Positions 26,400-38,785 of a stretch of 64,000 bases of DNA are shown in pieces (position 1 is the stretch's first letter; the number at the start of each line of letters is the position of its first letter). A program made the position numbers and the translations under genes. Under the pieces are notes generated by a model. The model ran no database searches, was not told the origin of the DNA, and was given only the letters and a program-made list of their open reading frames with translations. This stretch comes from the human T2T-CHM13v2.0 reference genome, Homo sapiens. The stretch lies in assembly GCF_009914755.1 (NCBI RefSeq), contig NC_060926.1. The stretch is one strand, 5' to 3'.

Positions 26400-26960
26400 T
26401 GGAAAATAAAATAAGATGTCATTTTCATCTATTGAATTGGCAAAGATTTTAAAATATAATATTGAATGGTTGTAAGGGATTGGTCAAATGAGCATTCTCT
26501 TATATGGCTGGTGAGAATTTAAATAGACACAAATTTTGTGGCAAGTAGTTTAAAATGAAAAACACACAAGAATTTATACATGTTCTTAGTCATTGACATC
26601 AAGGAATGTATGCTTTGGAAATACCCACAGATTTTAATGACATATTTATCTTCTAGAATTATTTTTAGTGTTGAAAAACTAGAGGCAATAATGAAAGGTT
26701 AAGTAAATTATGTCTGTCCACATGGGGGAAGGTTACACAGCATTTTTTTAAAATCATGCTTTCAAATAATATATCTTAGGAAATTTTAATTATTCAATCT
26801 TGAATGAAAATAGCAGTCTGCAAAATTGTTAAACAGAGAATGGTCACAATTTTTAAAAACAGAAGGAAATATAATCATGTATCAGATTAACAGCAGTTGT
26901 AAACCGTGTTGTAGAAAAATGAGTAATGTTTGCCTTTCAAAACTATGGATATTTTCCAAA
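26400..26960 (+). mobile_element. Old L1M 3' fragments
   Basis: aagatgtcatttt...aattggcaaagatt...gcattctcttatatggctggtgagaatttaaatag resembles the C-terminus of old L1 ORF2. Confidence 0.5.
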
Positions 26961-27674
26961 TACTCTGCAGTTTTCTAATTATAATCAGAAAACAGTTATT
27001 AAACAAAGTGAAAGAAATTAAAGTTTAAATTTACCAGTATAAGTTGCTTCTTTGGAGGGTATATTTTAACTTATTGACTACCATCAGATTTACTAAATAT
27101 CATAGCACGTAATTTCATTTAAATTCACCACACATTACTTTTCTATGTAGTTCATTTACCACAGGTATAATATTGCCATTTGTATTACTAGTAGAAATTA
27201 TACTTAATACATTGAATTTATGCCATAGGAAAAAGAAAATTAAAATTATGTTCTTATTGTATATGCACATATTTTCTTCTTGATAAAGGATTTGTCTCAA
27301 ACAGATTGTAATGACAGATGATAGCTATAGATAGATAGATAGAGTAAACATGTAAGCTACTACAAGGATCCAATTAGAGTGAATTTAGGTTGGAAGAAGG
27401 TTCTTTCTTCATCTTTCTTTATCTCTGAATAATTTCAAAGTTGACAGACCATGGTTGCTGACATCTTTATTGAGAAAACAAGAGTTTTGCCCACGCTTAT
27501 TTAAATGTACTTATATTTTCCTGTTTGCTTTACATATTACATATGATGAACTTTTGAGGATGGGGGTCATAATTTCCTTTTTTTCTATCTTTCTGAACTA
27601 AAATATATATGTAAAAACTCAATAAATGATAGAGAATTAATTACTGAACATATGTTTGTATTCACACAGAAAGG

Positions 27675-27902
27675 CGGTAAATATAGAAGTTGATAGGCAG
27701 CTTCTAGAGCCAGATCACTTGTGTTTAAATCCCAGCATTGCTATGTGGCTTCAAGAAAGTTACTCAATTTCTCTGTGCCTCAGTGACTTCAATTCAAGTA
27801 TAACATGAAGAAAATAATGCTACTCATCTTTGGAGTGGTGAAGTGACTTAATGCTTACCAAACACTTAGAATATGCTGGCATATGGCACATTTAGCTATT
27901 AT
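27675..27902 (+). mobile_element. MIR
   Basis: tctagagccaga...gtttaaatcccagc...aagttactcaatttctctgtgcctcagt...cacttagaa. Confidence 0.75.
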
Positions 27903-28337
27903 CATTTCAAGATAATTTCCTTGCTAAGTGACTATAATGATTACAACTCATAACTGTAGCTTTGAGGAATACGTACACATATTCAAAGCTGGGAATTGTT
28001 TGTTGGCAGCTCTACTGGTATATGGAGGGATACAGAAGAAAATCATCATATGTACAGCTAATCACCAAGAGATTTATGGATATAAAGAAATACATGGTAA
28101 CAAGAATGTTTATTGATGAATTTATAATTAGTGAGATAAAATTTACAAATGGTATGGGATATCATTAAAAAGCTTTTAGAAAAGGAAATTCTTATGGGGT
28201 ACACAAAACAATATGAAGATAAATATTTGTGAACTGGAAAAAGCTGGCCTTTCAATCTAGACAGGATATATTATGCAAGTAGTCTCTTAATTGAGCCTTT
28301 CCTTTTTCTGACTTAGATAATTGATAAAAAATATATA

Positions 28338-28628
28338 TATTTTTATTTCAGAGCAGGATGGAAGTTTATTTAACAGCTTTATAACAGGAAACAAAGGAAA
28401 GTACTCTTGGAAGAGACCACACAGGCACCTTGGAGGTCAAGTGACCTGTTTAACCTTGCACCTCAAATTTTATATGCTGGACTACTTCTTTCATCTTGTA
28501 CCCCTTTCCCTTTATTCGTCCCTCATGATGAGTCACCCACATGCATGGTGCCCTCCTTATACTCCAGAGATGAGCATGCAGAGTGTGATTACGAAGTTGC
28601 TTGCATACTTACCTCAGGCTTTTTTCCA
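28338..28628. mobile_element. MER4-group ERV1 LTR fragment (MER50/MER61-like)
   Basis: agagcagga...aagtttatt...cagga...aaaggaaagtactcttggaagag...gagcatgcagagtgtg...gaagttg...aggctttttcc. Confidence 0.55.
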
Positions 28629-31615
28629 TGATACAAAGGATATTTTTGAAATACAAAAAATAACCTTTTAAGTAATTTGCCAATGTAAGGAATTATGATT
28701 ACTACTTTTCTTATTAATAATCATCATTGAACATAGAAAATTAAAGCAAAGTAAAATTAAATTACTTTGCCCCTCCATTGGAGAAGGAATATTAAGGAAA
28801 ATTTACATTACATTTTATTCTTTTGTTTATTTTTTATATAGTTCTTGGGATTGCATTTTTTGAAGTTGAGTATATTTGGGTATAATGTGCTTTAATACAT
28901 TGAACTTCTTCCACCCCTTTGTTTTCTAAAGGGCTTTTTTGTTGAATTTTAAAGGAAGTTTAGATTTTTAAAAACCCAACATTGTTGTTAATAGAGTTGA
29001 AGATACGTGCGTGTGTTATTTCAACAAAGGCTGCTGGGTGGAATGTGTACTGTGGGAACCTTTATTTAAGCAATTTTGCTGCTTTAGTTGCATCCTTTAT
29101 TCATTCTGCAAAAAATTCACTAGCCATGAGCTGGAGTACGGCTACTCTTTTCCCATTCCCCCACTGTTGATCAAATAAAGCTATGGAAAAAGAAGGAGAG
29201 GGAGAAGTAAAAGGAAAGAGAAGAAAGAAGAAGGATTAAGTATTACCTTCAGGACCAAAGAGTGGAAGTATTTTCTTTAACATTTAATGAAGTAAATAAA
29301 GGGAGTACAAAGTCAAGTAGCAATAAGAAAAACTTGAAATGCACGAGGGCAGGAAATTGCTCTGTAAATATGATTAAATTCTAGACCCAACGTTCAGTGG
29401 AAACAAGTTTTAGAATTTTTCCATTAGAGATCATTAAAAACATTATTTCTCTCAAACAAGGTGACAAGTGGAAGAGCGTGCACTTGATTTCTAAGTTGCC
29501 ACCCTCCTTAGATTCTTCTGACATACTAGCAGTGGCCAAATTCCAATATACATTCATAGTTCAATGCACCTTTTCATACTGTGGAGGCACCTGCATATCC
29601 ACTTTCTCCCTAATCCTTTGACTATTCAAATAATATTATCAATGCACAATTATGTCAGTGATTTTTCTTCATGAATTGTAACCCTGTGCTAGCTAAAGTA
29701 TGTCACCATCATATCAGTGCTAGTAAATATTGTGGTTCCTTGGGTGAAACTCAAAGACTTGTATTCAGGATCCTTAAACATGTTATCCATCTAGTTTCTA
29801 AGAGGGAGGACAGGAAATGTTTAGTTTTAAAGTTTAGTTTTTTGTGTTTTTCATGGCCTGTAGCATAAGTCCCCATGTTGCATAGTCACACTGAAACTTG
29901 ATATTATATTTTGTGGTTGCTGTGCATCCAAGATTCCTTTATACTCCTCACATATAAACTGAGTTTTATGTCCTTACTGCCTGAATTTTCCTTAGAAGTC
30001 CTGTAATCCAAATGATTTTAGCATCAACTCCACAGAGAAGTCATGAAGCCTGTAGACCATACTCTATGTAAATCTCTGGTTCATTTCTGGTTGCTAATCT
30101 CCACCCTCGTACCCTTCCCTTGACTTTGTCACTTGTATTTTTCTTTTAAACCCTTTCCATATTTAAAACACCACAATATTGACATGTGAGCCATCTTCTC
30201 GAGAGAGAATCAGGTATTCTCTTAGCCTTCTACCTTCTGTTGCCGTTCCAAGGCTATTACTGTTTAGAGCTTAACTTCTTGTAATAACTTGCATCACTCC
30301 CCTTGTGTCCTCTTAACAAACAATCACATCACTGCTCACTCATCATTTCCCTCTATGTGACAGTATGAAGAATTCAATTTAATCCTTGCTATATGGGAGT
30401 GACAGTAGAAAACTGGGCCATGATGGATCAAGCATTATCAATTCCACAGATGCTCTTACCCAAAACTCAGGTCATAAATACTGTGAACGTGCCCTGAAAA
30501 TACTTTCTACTTGTATCCTCACCCAAATTATACGCATTTATACCATAGCGCAATATATTCCCCCATACTACTGAGGAAATTCCTATATCTATGAATGCTA
30601 CAAGAGATCCAAATGTAGTTTGCTTTGAAGGTAGACCATTGTCAAATGACCGTTGATTAATCTTATTTATGCTTTGATAATATGTATAATGTTTAACAGC
30701 TTGAAGTAGCCTCAATCTTTAATGGACATTTGTGGTGAAACCACAATAAAACAGTGCTTGAGCCTTGGGTTTTCATAGTCTCTAGGCTCTAATTCAAGCA
30801 ATTTCCTATCCATACAACCAATAGATTCTTCAAATATCTTGTGAATATGACAAATTTCTTCTAAAATAGCATAGCTTTCTAGTTCCTAGCTTCTGTTTAA
30901 AATCTAGAAACCAATTTATTATTCCCTATCCAAATAGATTCCCTAGGTACATAACCCTATATCCAAAGGTTACAGTGTAAATATAAAGAGAACTTTATCA
31001 ATGGTTTTATGATGTGTATTTTTAAAGGAATTTTATCCTTTGTTTTTTAAAACAATGTAACCTATATGAATTTTGTTTTCATCTTAAACCAAATGAAACT
31101 GAAGTAATATATCTTACCTAGGGTCAGAAAACAAAGATACAATGGAGTTGAGATTTGGCTTGGTGGTGTTGTCTTCACATTAGGGATTTTCCTCTGTCTT
31201 ATGTGCCAGAGCAGTTGAGAATTCTATATGACATTAAAAATCTCTTAATTTTTAGTTCATAAATATTGAAAATTAATTTGATTATTGATTCTGTTGATTA
31301 AGGTTGTTGCACATAAACGTGCCTAAAATTCCTTAGTGCTCCTACTTTCTGAGTTAGCTGGAATGCTTGTGTTTTGGGCATACCTTATGTGCAACTCTAT
31401 TGTGATGAATATTATGAAATGTAACTGTTTCTTCACTGAAAGGAACAAATGATAAATATTTCATCGAATGAATACGTACTATTGTTGTTGAGCTTTCTGA
31501 GTTGGAGAAAGAGCAGACTTTCTTGAGGAAGTGGTTTCGAATCAGAACTAGAAAGATGAGAAAGACATCTTCCTTCCATTTTCCATGGCCACCTCTGCTT
31601 CAGACTCACCTTTTT

Positions 31616-32568
31616 TCTGTTCATATCCTTTGCCCACTTTTTGATGGGTTTGTTTGTTTGTTTCTTGAAAATTTGTTTAAGTTCTTTGTAGATTCTGGAT
31701 ACTAGCCCTTTGTTAGATGGATAGATTGCAAAAATTTCCTCCTATTCTGTAGGTTGCCTGTTCACTCTGGTGATAGTTTCTTTTGCTGTGCAGAAGCTCT
31801 TTAGTTTAATTAGATCCCATTTGTCAATTGTGGCTTTTGTTGCCATTGCTTTTAGTGTTTTAGTCATGAAGTCTTTGCACATGCCTTTGTCCGGAATGGT
31901 ATTACCTAGGTTTTCTTCTAAGGTTTTTGTGGTTTTAGGTCTTACATTTAGGCCTTTAATCCATCCTGAGTTAATTTTTGTATAAGGTGTAAGGAAGGGG
32001 TCCAGTTTCAGTTTTCTGCATATGGCTAGCCAGTTTTCCCAACACCATTTATTAAATAGGGAATCCTTTTCCCATTGCTTGTTTTTGTCAGGTTTGTCGA
32101 GGATCAGATGGTTGTAGATGTGTAGCATTATTTCTGAGGCCTCTTGTCTATTCCACTCGTCTATATATCTGTTTTGGTACCAGTACCATGCTGTTTTGGT
32201 GACTGTAGGCTTGTAGTATAGTTTGAAGTCAGGTAGCATGGTGCCTCCAGCTTTGTTCTTTTTGCTTAGGATTGTCTTGGCTGTATGGGCTCTTTTTTGG
32301 TGCCATGTGAAATTTAAAGTAGTTTTTCCTAATTGTGTGAAGAAAGACAATGGTGGCTTGATGCGGATGGCATTGAATCTATAAATTACTTTGGGCAGCA
32401 TGGCCATTTTCATGCTATTGATTCTTCCTATCCATGAGCATGGAATGTTTTTTTCATTTGTTTGGGTCCTCTATTATTTCCTTGAGCAGTGGTTTGCAGT
32501 TCTCCTTGAAGAGGTCCTTCACATCCCTTGTAAGGTGTATTCCTAGGTAGTTTATTTTCTTTGTGGCA
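31616..32568 (-). mobile_element. L1PA ORF2 internal fragment, truncated at both ends, with 12-bp TSD
   Basis: 223-aa ORF 31742-32413 ([52 protein letters not shown]). TSD ACTCACCTTTTT at 31604-31615 and 32569-32580. No 3'UTR. Confidence 0.92.
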
Positions 32569-32574
32569 ACTCAC

Positions 32575-32696
32575 CTTTTTATGACTTGCACCACGGATAA
32601 TTAAGTGATGTCTTTGTGTCTTCTCACCAGACAACCATGTCCCTGCCTGACCTTTCCTTTTATGTGACAGTAGCAGCAGTTGTATTTTAGTTCCTG
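32575..32696 (-). other. Candidate antisense exon (122 nt, or 119 nt via NAGNAG)
   Basis: Minus strand: cttcactttcttcacttcag|CAG...CATAAAAAG|gtgagt. Long pyrimidine tract and a consensus donor. Confidence 0.45.
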
Positions 32697-33917
32697 CTGA
32701 AGTGAAGAAAGTGAAGTTTTAAAGAAAGTAATGGTTTGTGAATTGGGATGATATGACAGACTTTAGTAATGAGAGTAGTTTGCCTGTGTTGGAGAATCCT
32801 AGAAAATGAGTAACAACTGTCATGAAGAATGATTCAAACGTGATGTTTTCATTGATAGGAAGAGAGAATGATCATATCTGCAACCTAAGGACTAAAAGAG
32901 CTGATGTCTTGGGCTCCGTATCCACATAGGCTACCTCTGGAATACTAAAACAAATGTACTTCTCAATTTTTACTGGAGAAGAGATGCAGTTTAAACGCTG
33001 CCACAGAGTTAGTATTTTTAGTGTCCCAAACAATAATGGTCCAGATGTGTTATTTCAACTATAAATTTCACTTTTTATTGTAAAAGGTTAAAGAACTTTA
33101 CAAAATAATTTTTATTAAGTTTCTTACATTTGTTTTTCTGGCCATTCTCTCTATAGTTTTCTAATTATAAATTAATGATGGGAAATTTATTACCAAACTG
33201 GTTCACAAGATTCTTTGTTTACATAGTTTCTACTATACCAGTTTGACTTGAATTATAAAAATTAGGTTGATATATCTCGAGTATGAAAGGACCCTTTAAA
33301 ATTCAATTGTGAGCTGTGAAACAATATTACAACTCTAAGGTAAGCCTACTAAATTTTAGGAAATTGATTTTAAGTAGAGTATAATGTAATCCCTAAATTA
33401 TTTAAGTCTACTTGGAAACATATTTTATACTGTAAAACTGCTTACTACAATACTAATGCTTTCACTTGCCTCTATTACAAATGCTGAAAAACTCATATTA
33501 AAACAAATCTATCTTTCATGCCAACTATAATACAGATATTGTGTCTTAGTTAAAATAATAGGGAAGCGTGTTAGTGCCCAGGTAAGATTTCATGCTAACA
33601 GTGCTGCCTAAGAATAACTTTATATAAAGGTTTCCTTCTTCTTTCTGAAAGTTATTTTTTAATTGCTCAACATAGGCCAATCCTTAGTGACATTGTATTT
33701 GAAATTGTTTAAGAATCTATTTATATTTTGAGTAACTTATCATGATTAACAAGTTTGAACATTTGCCTTAAATTTGTTAAGAAGGAAATTTCTATATTCT
33801 CTTTCACTGTTTACTTTTTTCTTCCTCAGTAAGGCAATTTAATTGCTTTCAAGTAATTTCAAGGTCATCCTTAGTTTTTGGTCTTGTGCATGTTCCCAAG
33901 AACTTAATTATAGAAGT

Positions 33918-34035
33918 TTTTCTGTAATGAATATGACAGAGAACCCAACTCTACACAACTGATCTATATTTATGTTCCTACTGAGGCATGGTAGTCCTCC
34001 TTCCCCACACTTGCCTGCCCATGAAATCGAAATAT
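33918..34035 (+). repeat. 118-bp dispersed direct duplication, source copy
   Basis: Matches 35088-35205 with 7 substitutions. Confidence 0.95.
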
Positions 34036-34439
34036 TTGGCAGGATTAATTCTCAAAAGATAAAAACACTCTAATTGAAGAAAAGTATCAATTCAAATCAT
34101 ATCTTTTAAGAAGAAATATATTCTTTACTTTCCTGCTTAAATTTGAAATAGTAGCAGTTGAAAATTGTGGATTGGAACTAATTACTGATTAAAACAAAGT
34201 ACACCTATGAGTTTTAATAGAAGCAGTAAGAGTAATGTGTAAATGACTTTTCTTTGTTCATGGAAACCATTGTGGTTTTCAGGTGCAGCTTACCTTCACA
34301 AAAGCTAATTGTAGAGATAATTACATCCAAATGCACAAATTGGGGAAAACACAGAGAAGCTTCATTCAGAATTCACTGACACTATGAAAGACAGGATGGT
34401 ATAAAAGAGTTAGTGTGCTCTGAAAAAGGAAGTTCTTAA

Positions 34440-34600
34440 AAACTTTGGAACTCCAGAGTCTTGGGTTTGATTTCTGCTTCCATCATTTAATTGAATTTCA
34501 GGCAGGTTATCTAAACTCTGCCTCAGTTTGCTCATTGTTCATGCAACAGAGTTTCTATGCAGACTACACATAGTAATATATTTTAAGCTTTAGACATAAA
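34440..34600 (+). mobile_element. MIR
   Basis: ctttggaa...cttgggtttgatttctgcttccatcattta...ggcaggttatctaaactctgcctcagtttgctcat. Confidence 0.65.
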
Positions 34601-34679
34601 TAGAGTTCATTCCTCACTGACCGATTTTCTTTTAATAAATAAATCATTCTTAAAATTTCTTTTCTTGAAGTACGTTATA

Positions 34680-34831
34680 GGTCAGATACAATAGCTCACT
34701 TCTGTCCCAGCAATTTGGGAGGCCAAGGTGGGAAGATGGCTTAAGGCCAGTTTTTCAGGACCTTCTTGGACAACAGAGTGGGGCTCCATCTCTACAGAAA
34801 AAATTAAAATAAAAATAAACGTAAAAAAATA
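34680..34831 (+). mobile_element. FLAM (free left Alu monomer)
   Basis: Single diverged left monomer with an A-rich tail. TSD AAGTA(C/T)GTT(A/G)TA at 34668-34679 and 34832-34843. Confidence 0.8.
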
Positions 34832-34989
34832 AAGTATGTTGTAATTTGGCCTGTTTAATTTGACAATGCCATTAGTAGTATACACTGGAAAGCTGTTATA
34901 CTATGGTTGTTGCCCATTGTCAGTAGGCAACATTTCAATGAGCTGTAATGTTAAACTGAAAATACCCTTTTTCTTGAGCAATTATGTGC

Positions 34990-35365
34990 TATTTATATAT
35001 AATATATATTATGTGATTATATATCATATAATAAAGTATATATTATATAGAATACATATAATACATTTACATATAATATGTATAACATTTTCTATAATGA
35101 ATACGCCAGAGAACCCAATTCTACACAACTGATCTATATTTATGTTCCTACTGAGTCATGGTAGTCCTCCTTCCCCACACTTACCTGCCCATGATATCGA
35201 AATATATATGTTATACATATTATATAGCAATTATAGGCATCACACAATTTTCTTTATATATCACCAATTCTATTTATATTATATTTACATTATGTAAATA
35301 TATAGAGTATATTTATATGTAAATATATAGAATATATGTAAATATATTATTTATATAAATCTTAA
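34990..35365. repeat. AT-rich palindromic low-complexity tract containing the inserted 118-bp copy (35088-35205)
   Basis: (TA)-rich. 18-bp perfect inverted repeats at 35071-35088 and 35208-35225. Further palindrome tatatttacat-t-atgtaaatata at 35280-35302. Confidence 0.9.
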
Positions 35366-36082
35366 GATATAGGTATGGGCAATTTTGATTTTACAAACTT
35401 CTTCAGGGTTCTGTATATCCATTTGCATAAAGTTTTGATTGTATGCATTTTTATATGGGACACTGACTTATTTTTCATCCAATAAATGGTAAATTTCTAT
35501 CCATTAGAGGATTTACCTTTGATTTCATTTTGGTGATACTTTAAATCATAGGTCAGCTATTAGAAAACCAATTACAAATTACAACGTGGTAACTAAATGA
35601 TATTTACTAAAGCAAAGCATATCAATTGATATTTTTAAGTTATATGTTAGCATACGCGCACACACACACACGCGCACGCGATAGGATCCAGATTGATGCC
35701 CTAATAAAGTAACAAGTTAGTTAAAGATGAAGTGAATTTATAAACATACCGTTATATAAAACTGTCTAGATAGAACAAACAAATATCACTTGTGATGAAA
35801 TACTTGAAATTTAGTTCACCACATGCACTGTTGCCATCATTTTTTTTTATGAGAGGATTCAGCTATTGTATCGAGTGTTTGCAAGCGTGAATTCAGAATC
35901 TTGGTAGGAAAAAGGTAAAAGACAAATTGCTATCTTCTGAAAGGAGGTGTGAATTGTTCATATGTGCAGATTTTACATTAACGAGAAACCTTAACTTTCT
36001 CAAAAGAAGAAAGGCATTTCTAACAATGTTACGTATAACATATTTTTGTTCTTCTGAAAACTTGTGTTTCATTTTCTTTTAG

Positions 36083-36168
36083 GAAAAAAAAAAGATCAGG
36101 CTCTTAGGCCAATTTTTCAGACTCTTCTGTAGATTACTTGAGCAGATATGAAATCAATAAGACCTTAG
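36083..36168 (+). other. Candidate exon C (86 nt), stop codons in all frames (terminal coding or non-coding)
   Basis: Acceptor tttcattttcttttag|G and donor TAG|gtaaac. Frames read KKKRSGS*, KKKDQALRPIFQTLL* and EKKKIRLL...EQI*. Confidence 0.45.
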
Positions 36169-37241
36169 GTAAACAGTATGGTACATATTTTTTTTAAGTC
36201 TCTGATACATTGAGTCTCAAAATATGTTGCACATTAACCGAAGACATGTTTGTAGAATTCATAGCACTTATTATATCTTGATTATACTGAAACATTTTTA
36301 ACTTTGACAATTATAAATCCATCTTGCAGTTTCTCCAAATTCATTTTATTTTAATTAGCTATGATTTGACATCATAGTCCATTATACACTTACTTGACTA
36401 AGTCTATGCTATCAGTTTTTCTACAACCACCACTTCCTATCAGTAAATAATTGAAAGGCTTTATTCTTATAAAGCACAATTATGTTTGCTTGATCAGTAG
36501 TCTTCAACTATATCTGCTCATGTGTCCCCTAAAATAATTGAGAAAAATAGTATAAAATCAATAACTTTTGAATTCAATACATTCAAGCAATGATGTCATT
36601 ATATATGTGGTTCATCTTCCTGACACACGGGAGATGTTTCTCTTAGACCTCAGTGCCAGAACAGTATAATTTCAGAGCAACAATACTATTTTCTTGGAAT
36701 ATAAGTGGGAAGCTCACAACTATTCATATTTCTCTGTCAAGAAAAGTTATAAGGTTTAACACAATTATGAAAGCCAGAAAACAAATGTATTTTTGTAGCA
36801 CTTTTGTAGAAACTCCTGGCTTTATGTTACTGTCTCTCACTTTCCAATAATGCTTTTTTTAAATAATAGAATTTGTTATGTGTTTCTGCAAATTGCATGA
36901 TATCCTTTGTGAATGAAGTAGATACTAATTAACTATTTCTAAACAGACCGCTACAATACAGTGTGAAAAGTTTTACCATAACTGAAAATGTGTTAATAAA
37001 GAAGTGGCTACAGGCTGTGTCTCATACACTGTAATTCTTTTCAGTAGCCTTGCATCTCTCATTGATTTTGCAATACTAAGGCCTTCATTTCTTCTGTTAC
37101 ATTCCAATATTCTTTTCTCTTGTTTTATCTTTAGCATTAATAGATATGAAGAAAAAAACTATCCTGTACTTTAACTAGATTCAGACGCTATTTCCTTTTG
37201 TTCATTAATCCTACTTAAACTCTCTATAGTGTGTATTTTAA

Positions 37242-37784
<543 letters not shown>

Positions 37785-38279
37785 TGATCTAATTAATTTC
37801 AGGCTCCTTTGCAGATAGTTTTAGGGACCAATCATCTCTGAGATTTTTTGTGAACACAGGAGGGCTCTTCTTGATTTTCTCTTTACCTGATTATCTATGG
37901 TGAATGAATAGCTGACCCACAGTTTAGCTTGATACTCTCATGGAGCTACTATCCTCTCTTAATCTCACTTCCAAAATCTCTATTATTATTCAGAGTGCCT
38001 TCAAGTTTAACCTTCCCCACACTTTATTCCAAACAAGTGAGTTCCTTTCGGGAGAGCTTTGGAGCTCTGTTCTTATGGACTGCCTACTCCATGGGCAAAA
38101 TTCCTGTGTCTCCCTGCTCTGTAGTTGGCTCCTGGACAGTGGTCTACTTCTCTCAGAGTGATACTTTGGCTTTACGGGCAGGGTACTCGGTGGAGTGATA
38201 ACATCTGGTCTTCCTCTTATAGCTTGAAACTTTCCTCTTATAGCATGAAACTTTTGCCCTTTGAGTGAGTAGAGGCAAG

Positions 38280-38785
38280 GGTGATCGGGGCCCGCCCATT
38301 CGTTTTCTTGGCTTGCCATACCTGGAGTAGAGCTTTCACCATAGAAGTGGGGGGTCAGACAAAGGAATAAAGCCTAGACCTCTCAGCCATTGTTGCCTGG
38401 AAGAGATTCTGAAACAGAGATTTGGGAATGGGGGCTGAGAAACACTGGTGCTCTGCCCTTGAAGAGAAGATACCACCTCTCTTGACTAGGAATGGACGGA
38501 TAGGGAGCCCTATTGTTCTTGGCTGCACCCATCTGGAGTGGCGCTTCTCTCATGCTCAGCTGTGGGTGAGCTGTGGGTGTTTGTGGCTCAAATTCCACAG
38601 ACTCTTGCTGCTCTTGCTAAGATTTAGCAGAATTTCTAAAATAAATGTTTCTTCCTTTACTGTCTGCTCTTAGGACAATTTCCAGATATTACCCTTTTTT
38701 TTTTTTTTGGTATAACCTTCACCACTTATGGTTGTTTTGCTGTGGAGAAGGTCCACAGATTCTAGATTCTGCCATCATTCTAGAA
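38280..38785 (-). mobile_element. Old L1M 5'-end relic (L1MC/MD-like)
   Basis: agatttagcaga...aataaatgtttcttc...aatttccaga...ttgttttgctgtggagaagg...tctgccat resembles the reverse complement of an old L1 5'UTR start. Confidence 0.5.

Noticed and set aside
35071-35225. Possible novel MITE with 18-bp TIRs
   Set aside because: The arms are low-complexity AT sequence and the interior is a copy of nearby unique DNA; a repair insertion into a palindrome explains it better.
36083-36132. Naming the host gene from peptide KKKDQALRPIFQTLL*
   Set aside because: I do not reliably recognise it; it needs a BLAT/BLAST search.
38211-38252. 21-bp tandem duplication ttcctcttatagc(t/a)tgaaact; similarly a 15-bp duplication at 53742-53771
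   Set aside because: Common slippage events; two copies with no spacers, so not an array.
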